In this document: positions 57,756 to 64,000 of the stretch, in pieces
Numbering within the stretch: the first letter of the stretch is position 1
How the letters are laid out: each line of letters begins with the position of its first letter
Source of the DNA: a virus
Lineage: Duplodnaviria > Caudoviricetes
IMG/VR virus record: IMGVR_UViG_3300021387_000075
Direction: 5' to 3' (one strand)
Length of the DNA stretch: 64,000 nucleotides
The notes under the pieces: model-generated
The model's database searches: none
Told to the model about the DNA's origin: nothing
What the model saw: only the letters and a program-made list of their open reading frames with translations
Position numbers and translations under genes: made by a program

Positions 57756-57784
57756 ATTATAGCATAAATTTAAAAAAGAGTCAA
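57756..57784 (-). promoter_or_regulatory. sigmaA-type promoter for gyrB
   Basis: TTGACT-17-TATAAT. Confidence 0.75.
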
Positions 57785-57943
57785 TTATTTAATCGACTCC
57801 TGATATTCGATAACTTCTTTAAACCATCTATAAACCGGGCATCCGTCATCGGGTAATCCCCAGCATCCGGCGGTACGACAAGGACACTTATGATTATAAA
57901 GCCAACATCGTTTGTCCTTTTCAAGCTCCAAATTAAATTCCAT
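57785..57943 (-). CDS. Small Cys-rich hypothetical protein (52 aa)
   Basis: MEFNLELEKDKRCWLYNHKCPCRTAGCWGLPDDGCPVYRWF... Confidence 0.55.
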   Translation of the reverse strand: MEFNLELEKDKRCWLYNHKCPCRTAGCWGLPDDGCPVYRWFKEVIEYQESIK

Positions 57944-57947
57944 ATTA

Positions 57948-58133
57948 TTACTCCAAATTTACAAAATCAAAATCATCCTTATCATAAGGCCAATTACTAT
58001 GTACCCAAGTTGCCCTAGAAACCTTAATCCAATGTGGGTCATCGCGCGTAGCCCAGTCTATATCAGACATAGTGGCTACCGGCATATCTTGCGGCCATTT
58101 CTGTAATTCTTCAATTAGTTGTTTTACTGTCAT
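57948..58133 (-). CDS. Hypothetical protein
   Basis: MTVKQLIEELQKWPQDMPV, a common small phage protein start. Confidence 0.65.
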   Translation of the reverse strand: MTVKQLIEELQKWPQDMPVATMSDIDWATRDDPHWIKVSRATWVHSNWPYDKDDFDFVNLE

Positions 58134-58579
58134 GTTAGCACCGTCCTACACTTTCCATGGTTGGTTTCGCGCGGATTATCCAGAATCCATCTAAGTTCGC
58201 TTTTTATACCACCATAGTTCTTATCTGAGTTAATAAAGCTAGCGCTGCCCCAGTATGTCATGAGGGATGTAGGCTCATTGGTTACCTGGATTACATGAAC
58301 TGGAATCCCCTTTGCATAAGCATAGCCTTGTTCCCAATTTGTACCTGCAGTAGAGTTCCTACCAATACTAATAAGAATTACTGATTCACAGGAATCAATT
58401 GCGGCGACATCAGCTTCAAAGACTTTCTTAGCCCAATCTTCCTGTGAATAATCCCACGCGTTCTCAATTTTTAGTTCCCACGGGCAATAGATTTCTGCGC
58501 CCTTTTCGCGCAAATACTTAGCAACCTGAACCATAAAAGTACGATTAGTAGAATCACACGGACCAGCAATGTAAAACAT
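58130..58579 (-). CDS. Nucleoside 2-deoxyribosyltransferase/N-glycosidase family protein
   Basis: FYIAGP, FEADVAAID and GTNWEQGYAYAKGIPV. Confidence 0.8.
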   Translation of the reverse strand: MFYIAGPCDSTNRTFMVQVAKYLREKGAEIYCPWELKIENAWDYSQEDWAKKVFEADVAAIDSCESVILISIGRNSTAGTNWEQGYAYAKGIPVHVIQVTNEPTSLMTYWGSASFINSDKNYGGIKSELRWILDNPRETNHGKCRTVLT

Positions 58580-58580
58580 A

Positions 58581-58799
58581 TTATTCCTCCCAATTAATAT
58601 CAACAGAGCATTTATAACCATCTGGTAAGCAATTTTCCGCGCGAGTATCGAGCCTATTGATGCGTTCTTGATACGCGCCAGTTAGGATATAATGTTCTTT
58701 AACATTAGAAACATACTCACCTTCATATTCGCGCGGATCGACTTCCTCGTTCCAACTATAAGTGACCGATACTTTAAGTTTCAGTTTTGAAGTATCCAA
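58581..58799 (-). CDS. Hypothetical protein
   Basis: ORF in a tightly packed run. Confidence 0.55.
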   Translation of the reverse strand: MDTSKLKLKVSVTYSWNEEVDPREYEGEYVSNVKEHYILTGAYQERINRLDTRAENCLPDGYKCSVDINWEE

Positions 58800-59151
58800 G
58801 TTTATTCACCGCCATTTCTACACATTCATAAAGGATATGGGTTCTAATAAGACAATCAATATAGCGCGCGGGCGCACGATGAAACTCTTCTTTCATAGAT
58901 TTTGTAAAATCATAGCCCCACTCTTCAATGACTTCAACTAATTCGGGCAGCCCATAACCGACATAGCTGGCACATTCTTCTTCCGTCCCATAGTAGAAGC
59001 CGCCGTTGCCCGTAATCATATCTACGCCCCAAAGCTCATCTTCCAGAGCTTCCACATATTCATCTCGGGTCATTTCGGGCGCCGGTTCCATATAATTATC
59101 TACTACATAATTCATAATATCTTTAACCATTGCTTCTCTATAATTATACAT
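58774..59151 (-). CDS. Hypothetical protein
   Basis: MYNYREAMVKDI...ITGNGG. Confidence 0.65.
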   Translation of the reverse strand: MYNYREAMVKDIMNYVVDNYMEPAPEMTRDEYVEALEDELWGVDMITGNGGFYYGTEEECASYVGYGLPELVEVIEEWGYDFTKSMKEEFHRAPARYIDCLIRTHILYECVEMAVNKLGYFKTET

Positions 59152-59570
59152 TACCAAACCTCCGTATCTGTAATGTCTTCAGATTCGCCGCAAATGGGGC
59201 ATACAACTTTTAGAATAATACCAACTCCAGTTCCAGTAGGAATAAGATAGGGCCTGCGGCCACCGTCTGCCTTCGACTCTGCCCGCATATGCATATGTCT
59301 TTTCTCAAATTGAAGATACCTATCCTTCTCCTTTTGAGAACTAAAAGAACCATATGATAGACGAAGCTGTTCGCGCAAGCTATTCATTTCATTTTGAAAT
59401 TGCTTATAAACAAATTCATAAGCATCATCTTTAAGCTTTCTATTTTCTTCTGCTATGCGCTGGTATTGTTCTCTATAGTAACGAATAGTATCAGTTACCG
59501 CAGTCGCAAGTTCATTTGCTTCATATACTACGGAAGATTGCTTTGTCTCTGTATCATATGTGTAAACCAT
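59151..59570 (-). CDS. Hypothetical protein with C-terminal Zn ribbon
   Basis: PTGTGVG...CPICGESEDITD. Confidence 0.65.
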   Translation of the reverse strand: MVYTYDTETKQSSVVYEANELATAVTDTIRYYREQYQRIAEENRKLKDDAYEFVYKQFQNEMNSLREQLRLSYGSFSSQKEKDRYLQFEKRHMHMRAESKADGGRRPYLIPTGTGVGIILKVVCPICGESEDITDTEVW

Positions 59571-59571
59571 A

Positions 59572-59862
59572 TTATTCCTCCATTCTGACACTGAAGCCCT
59601 GTAAATCAAGATTAAAATCTTGCTTAAAATACTCCTGCATTACATCATCAAGTTTATGGACAAACAGGGGTTTGGTATCATCAAATTCGCCATATAGTAA
59701 ATCATTGAGGTCAATAATATAAAGAGAATCGAAGCCATACGCCTCTGCTTTAACTTGAAGTGCGCGCTTATTAGTAGTAAGAATAATACCATCGGCTTCA
59801 AGCGCCATTTCCATTAGTTCTTTTGTCTTTCCAGTCCCAATAGGACGAGCAATTACTTTCAT
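59572..59862 (-). CDS. Small P-loop-like protein
   Basis: RPIGTGKTKEL; only 96 aa. Confidence 0.55.
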   Translation of the reverse strand: MKVIARPIGTGKTKELMEMALEADGIILTTNKRALQVKAEAYGFDSLYIIDLNDLLYGEFDDTKPLFVHKLDDVMQEYFKQDFNLDLQGFSVRMEE

Positions 59863-59876
59863 TTCTTAGTCTCCTT

Positions 59877-60170
59877 TTAATCCATATACTCCTTACGCAT
59901 AATGCCGCAGTTCGGGCAGTACCTATCGTTGTCATATACAATGCTAATGACGCGACATTCTGGACACCTGTACGCCATTACTTCATCAGTAGTAACAGTT
60001 GGCGCAGTATCAATAACTGCTTGCGCTTTATCCATAACTGCTTTGGCGAAATTAAACATTTCTTCTGTATCGGGCATATGCATTTCATAAATCAAATCCC
60101 AAAGCATCTCATCGCGCCCGAGGGATGGCGCATTAAGGTCACAATCATCACGATAAATTAGTTCTCGCAT
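59877..60170 (-). CDS. Zn-ribbon hypothetical protein
   Basis: CPEC...YCPNCG. Confidence 0.65.
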   Translation of the reverse strand: MRELIYRDDCDLNAPSLGRDEMLWDLIYEMHMPDTEEMFNFAKAVMDKAQAVIDTAPTVTTDEVMAYRCPECRVISIVYDNDRYCPNCGIMRKEYMD

Positions 60171-60171
60171 T

Positions 60172-60330
60172 TTATTTCACCGCCTTTGGTTGATATTCTG
60201 ATAATGCTTCTCTGATTTCGTCAAAATTTAATTCCCAGGTTTCACCGAGCCTGTATCTTTTTGACCTTTGTCCTTTTTCCAGTAAGACAAGCTCTACTTC
60301 GCGGCGAGTTATAAGATCATTATCTTTCAT
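60172..60330 (-). CDS. Hypothetical protein
   Basis: Likely start MKDNDLITRRE with SD. Confidence 0.5.
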   Translation of the reverse strand: MKDNDLITRREVELVLLEKGQRSKRYRLGETWELNFDEIREALSEYQPKAVK

Positions 60331-60334
60331 TCTT

Positions 60335-60577
60335 TTACCACCTTCTTCCGTCCGCACAGAAAAATGTTTGTTCCCGCGGCAATCCACAATTATCACATAT
60401 GGAAATTCGTTCATCATACCATCTGCAATCCTTGCATTGGACAATTTCACTAATTTGTCCGCTCTTAAATAGTTCTCCAATTATTCCAGCAGCATCAACT
60501 AACAGATGCCAATCAAATCCATAATCGCCGCTGAAATTTCCTGTTTTAATTCTCATTAAGGCTTCTTTTTCGGTCAT
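60335..60577 (-). CDS. Small Cys-rich phage protein
   Basis: VQCKDC...FFCADG. Confidence 0.6.
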   Translation of the reverse strand: MTEKEALMRIKTGNFSGDYGFDWHLLVDAAGIIGELFKSGQISEIVQCKDCRWYDERISICDNCGLPREQTFFCADGRRW

Positions 60578-60879
60578 TATGTTTCACCACTTTTCCCATC
60601 CGCACAAAACCATTCTCCACGATTGTCGAGCATAAAAAGTGGAAAACCTTTTTCCGCGGCAATTGCCGCAAGCACACACTTTTCAACTTTCCCCTTATGA
60701 ATACAATCCTTGCACCGGACAATTTCTTCCTGCGCGGTGGGTTGCATAGCTACCATCTTCATAAAGTGGTCGTGCTCAAAATCGTGATTTGCTATGGCTC
60801 GAGGGTCTTTATGCGGATTCTGCATTTTGCTTTTTTGGATTGCATCTTGTAAGGCATATGCATCAATCAAACGCGCCAT
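60577..60879 (-). CDS. Small Cys-rich phage protein
   Basis: MARLIDA...VRCKDC...WFCADG. Confidence 0.65.
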   Translation of the reverse strand: MARLIDAYALQDAIQKSKMQNPHKDPRAIANHDFEHDHFMKMVAMQPTAQEEIVRCKDCIHKGKVEKCVLAAIAAEKGFPLFMLDNRGEWFCADGKSGET

Positions 60880-61087
60880 TATTCATTCTCCTTTGCGTGA
60901 TTTCATCAATAAGCTGCTGTTGTTCTTTTATTACGGCAAGGGCATCGGCGGCAAGATGTGGCATACCATAAGGCAAATCAGTGTCTATGCATTCGTGTCC
61001 ATATGGGCATTTTCGACATTCATCGCCACTCATCGCGGCGCAACATTTCAATCCTTTGATAACTTTCTCCCTATTAGTCAAGCCCAT
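60863..61087 (-). CDS. Small Cys-rich phage protein
   Basis: REKVIKGLKCC...CRKCPY. Confidence 0.6.
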   Translation of the reverse strand: MGLTNREKVIKGLKCCAAMSGDECRKCPYGHECIDTDLPYGMPHLAADALAVIKEQQQLIDEITQRRMNNGAFD

Positions 61088-61355
61088 TCCATCTTACCGC
61101 CTTCCCGCATTTCGAGCAATAGTTATCGCGCGCGTAGGTCGCATTGACTAGATGCTTGCCGCAGTACCCACATTTATACTGCTTAATGAGCCCATTCATA
61201 AATACTTTGGGCGTGACCGCATCTTGCCATTCAAGTAAATTAAGCATATCTGTTATTAAGTCTTCCATACAATGCGTTCCGCTTTTCGAGCATTCAGCGC
61301 AATTATCGCAGATACATTGCATTGCATCGGATAGTATCTGATCTCGATTAATCAT
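61074..61355 (-). CDS. Zn-ribbon hypothetical protein
   Basis: CGYCG...YCSKCGKAVRW. Confidence 0.6.
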   Translation of the reverse strand: MINRDQILSDAMQCICDNCAECSKSGTHCMEDLITDMLNLLEWQDAVTPKVFMNGLIKQYKCGYCGKHLVNATYARDNYCSKCGKAVRWNGLD

Positions 61356-61365
61356 TTTATCTCCT

Positions 61366-61620
61366 TTATGTAACGGGTTGAAGGACTTCTTGGAATACAG
61401 CCTGATTGGCGTATTTAAATACCTGATTATTTAATTTCGCTCCACACCAGGGACAGTATTTGATTGGTATATTTACTTCAATACTATCCTTACCTTCAAG
61501 ATGAATAACTAAACTATTGAAGAAGTCGATGAAAGCGTCACCTTCATAACCAAGAGTTACATCATAGCCTTCTTTAAGAGAGCACGCACTCTCAGTAAAT
61601 TTGCGACAGTATTCACACAT
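61366..61620 (-). CDS. Zn-ribbon hypothetical protein
   Basis: MCEYC...IKYCPWCG. Confidence 0.65.
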   Translation of the reverse strand: MCEYCRKFTESACSLKEGYDVTLGYEGDAFIDFFNSLVIHLEGKDSIEVNIPIKYCPWCGAKLNNQVFKYANQAVFQEVLQPVT

Positions 61621-61645
61621 TTTTTATCTCCCCTTTCGTAAGTAT

Positions 61646-61674
61646 ATTATACTATAATTTTGATATTATGTCAA
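61646..61674 (-). promoter_or_regulatory. sigmaA-type promoter
   Basis: TTGACA-17-TATAAT. Confidence 0.8.
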
Positions 61675-61737
61675 TTTTTTGACTTATGTTAATTTGATTA
61701 TCAGCGCCTTGGCGCGATAGCGCCAACTCGGCGCATT

Positions 61738-61938
61738 TCTTATATTTTTATTATATTAATTTTATTATGTTTTATTATATTATGTATGTTCTCACGACAC
61801 AGATGAAGAGTGTTCTCACAACACACATTCCGGATTTGAGGACACACATCAGGTGTGTTTTCACGACACACCTGTGTCTTCAAAACATACATTGATGAAG
61901 TGTGTCGTGAAGACACAGGTGTGTTCTCAAAACATACA
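61738..61938. repeat. Iteron-like direct and inverted repeats with AT-rich tract (putative origin)
   Basis: About six copies of TGTTYTCAC(G/A)ACAC or TGTYYTCAAAACATAC in both orientations (61787-61937), next to a nearly pure AT stretch. Confidence 0.65.
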
Positions 61939-62274
61939 TTATTCCATAATTTTTTTATATATAATTTTAAGATATTTATAAGGTTCATATTCTAAAAAAC
62001 CTCGTTCAATAAGCGCATCGCGCGCTGTATTATATCGTTTATGGTCAAAATTACACGCTTTTAAAATAGTTGCTTCTGCTGGATGGAAGTCACCATTTTG
62101 CCGCTGAAAGATTAAATAAAGTAATAATGTTTTTTGTGCGCCACTTTTATTATCAATCTTTTGGTTAATCTTTTCAAACATTTCGGGCGCGATTTGATAA
62201 AATAAGTTCTTTTCATTATAAGTAGATTTATCTACATCGCTCAATAATGCGAGTGCTTTCTTTTCATTTGCCAT
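61939..62274 (-). CDS. Winged-helix protein, possible replication initiator
   Basis: LLLYLI...FHPAEATILKACN...ARDALIERGFL; abuts the repeat array. Confidence 0.55.
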   Translation of the reverse strand: MANEKKALALLSDVDKSTYNEKNLFYQIAPEMFEKINQKIDNKSGAQKTLLLYLIFQRQNGDFHPAEATILKACNFDHKRYNTARDALIERGFLEYEPYKYLKIIYKKIME

Positions 62275-62286
62275 TTAGGTTCCTCC

Positions 62287-62475
62287 TTATCGCTTAGATT
62301 GCGATATGCGGCGGAAAGCTTCTTGAAATTCTGGTGAATTTTCAAATATCCATACTTTAAATTCTGGATTATATTCATTTATATCAGTACTTATAATTTT
62401 AAAGCCTTCGCGCCGAAGTTGTAAGGCTATCCAACGAGTATATACTCGGTAGCCTTTATTTTGTAATTTTGTCAT
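62287..62475 (-). CDS. Small hypothetical protein (DUF5659-like, tentative)
   Basis: VYTRWIALQLRREGFKII...VWIFENS. Confidence 0.55.
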   Translation of the reverse strand: MTKLQNKGYRVYTRWIALQLRREGFKIISTDINEYNPEFKVWIFENSPEFQEAFRRISQSKR

Positions 62476-62653
62476 TTTCTTCCTCCATAACTGCTTCCAT
62501 TTTATCTAGCAATTTTACCGATGGATTTTTAGTTCCTTTAAAAATACGACTTAAATGTTCTTGGCTGCATCCAATATGGTTGGCCGCTTCGGTTTGCGTC
62601 CATCCTTTATTATATGCAAATAATTCATATCGCTTTATAACATCTCTTGTCAA
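62456..62653 (-). CDS. XRE-family HTH regulator
   Basis: WTQTEAANHIGCSQEHLSRIFKGTKNPS. Confidence 0.8.
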   Translation of the reverse strand: MTRDVIKRYELFAYNKGWTQTEAANHIGCSQEHLSRIFKGTKNPSVKLLDKMEAVMEEENDKITK

Positions 62654-62741
62654 ATTATCACCTCCTGCCTTAAAGACATAATCTTAAATAAAAGAAATAT
62701 GACCTATCCTCCATAGAATAAGTCATAACATAATCTTTAAA

Positions 62742-63260
62742 TTATAGCAAATCTTTCCGTTCCTTAACAAATTTTTTTAATGCTTCGGCACTTGTAAAAG
62801 TAAAGCCATTCAAATAACTATAGGCATCAAACAAATAGGCAACCTGTTCGCGCCGCCATTTCTTTTCTTTAATTTCATCCAATGGCCAACCCATTGCCAT
62901 TGCGAGTTCATCATCTGGAGTAGTAACTTGGTCTTCAAACTTAGGATTCCACGGATCAATCTTTTGCCACCCAAAATCTTCGGAACCAGTAGCTGGGAAA
63001 AATTCTTCTGGGTCATCGGTTTCGTTAATATAGCCATTTACGCGCCAAAAGCCAAATATCCACACAGTGAATTTTTTAGTATCAGGATCAAATGTTACAA
63101 ATGAATAACAAGAATTATCCTCCCAGAAAGGGTCATCGCGCCAAGTCTCAATATCATCGACATTTTTTCCTGCTGGAACACTGAATGATTGGTCTGTGCT
63201 ATATGAGCCAACCAGAGTATCATACATAGGAAAGTATTCAGTACAATCTTTAAATGTCAT
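62742..63260 (-). CDS. Hypothetical protein
   Basis: Acidic, aromatic-rich ORF; likely start MTFKDC. Confidence 0.65.
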   Translation of the reverse strand: MTFKDCTEYFPMYDTLVGSYSTDQSFSVPAGKNVDDIETWRDDPFWEDNSCYSFVTFDPDTKKFTVWIFGFWRVNGYINETDDPEEFFPATGSEDFGWQKIDPWNPKFEDQVTTPDDELAMAMGWPLDEIKEKKWRREQVAYLFDAYSYLNGFTFTSAEALKKFVKERKDLL

Positions 63261-63444
63261 ATTGTCCCTCCAATAGTTCAAGTGCGGCTTCAATTACTGG
63301 ACGATCGAAACTAAGAAGAGTGTTTGGGTACTCCTTATCCTCAGTTTTAATCTTTGCGCCGTCTTCATAATGCGTGGTTCGAATTACATACGTCTTACTT
63401 AGCTCAGTTTTGAGCGCATCAATTACTTCAATTCTTGTCATCAA
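63250..63444 (-). CDS. Hypothetical protein
   Basis: ORF coupled to its neighbours. Confidence 0.55.
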   Translation of the reverse strand: MMTRIEVIDALKTELSKTYVIRTTHYEDGAKIKTEDKEYPNTLLSFDRPVIEAALELLEGQYDI

Positions 63445-63770
63445 TAATCAAACTCCATATAATAATGATAGCCATTTTCTTCATCTTTTTCAAAATGTCG
63501 AAGAATTTCGCACAGCTTCGGGACAGTTTCAAATCCATCAAAATAATCCGCATTATGGGTCGCAATGTTAATAAGTTCCTCTACGTTTTCGCGCGAAAGC
63601 TCTATGAACTCACCGCAATCATCCTTTATATTAAGAAATGATGCCTGCTCAATAAGAGCCCAAAATTTACGGGCATAATAGACTTCGGTTACGGCTTTAG
63701 AGTCATACCATTTTTCAGTCTTAAAAACCTGATGATTTCTCGCACGATATATATTTACATCCAATCCCAT
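63441..63770 (-). CDS. Hypothetical phage protein
   Basis: MGLDVNIY...YYARKFW; AAGGAG SD. Confidence 0.7.
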   Translation of the reverse strand: MGLDVNIYRARNHQVFKTEKWYDSKAVTEVYYARKFWALIEQASFLNIKDDCGEFIELSRENVEELINIATHNADYFDGFETVPKLCEILRHFEKDEENGYHYYMEFDY

Positions 63771-63801
63771 TTTACTTTCTCCTTTCTTTTTTTCTATATA
63801 A

Positions 63802-63830
63802 ATTATACCCTAATTTTAAGAAAAAGTCAA
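63802..63830 (-). promoter_or_regulatory. sigmaA-type promoter
   Basis: TTGACT-17-TATAAT. Confidence 0.75.
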
Positions 63831-64000
63831 ATAAGAGGAGTCCAAAATTGAACTCCTCTAATCTTATTTAGTTAATTTAGTAATCATTTCTGGCGGGATA
63901 TCACAGTAATCATCAATATAATTAGTTTTCGCGCGAAGTCCTCGTATTGGCGGAGTTTGATCTTTCAAAATTAGATTCAAGACAATTCCCACAATCATTG

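Noticed and set aside
61787-61937. CRISPR array
   Set aside because: Repeats are short, degenerate and in both orientations, with no regular unique spacers and no cas genes.
61740-61988. Track ORF with repeated CxENT peptides
   Set aside because: A translation of the DNA repeat array that overlaps the upstream gene and has no SD.
31931-63641. Short + strand ORFs in the right half (e.g. 34086, 39870, 42066, 44852, 49472, 51622, 60794)
   Set aside because: Antisense to well-supported minus-strand genes, with no SD sites or recognisable motifs.

Overview
This is a 64-kb piece of a large, AT-rich, long-tailed (siphovirus-like) phage genome. Its host is probably an anaerobic Bacillota species, judging by AAGGAG ribosome-binding sites, sigmaA-type promoters and a class III ribonucleotide reductase. 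There are two convergent arms. The + strand (1-31,016) is the virion module: major capsid, neck proteins, two tail-tube paralogues, tape measure, distal tail and a Tal-like tail-tip protein. The - strand (31,060-64,000) carries replication and nucleotide-metabolism genes: RuvC-like resolvase, dUTPase, nrdD/G/H with a ferredoxin:thioredoxin reductase-like gene, DnaE, RecJ, primase, helicase, Sak4-like ATPase, SSB, gyrase A/B, a methylase plus DUF262-HNH cassette, many small ORFs and a putative origin. The ORF track looks shattered over 1.6-31 kb because the phage reads TAG as an amino acid, almost certainly Gln (genetic code 15). Read that way, the fragments join into intact genes, including a tape measure of about 5,233 aa. 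Recoding is selective: the capsid, major tail and core replication genes contain no in-frame TAG, while low-copy virion genes and two nucleases in the replication arm are full of them. Other features are a 290-nt ORF-less group I intron whose splicing would add a 22-Cys CxxxC-repeat tail to the tail-tip protein, a second CxxxC repeat in the tape measure, a tRNA-like RNA with no anticodon arm, a strand-biased GCGCGAA motif and ten near-consensus sigmaA promoters. All calls come from manual reading and recalled family motifs; no database searches were run.
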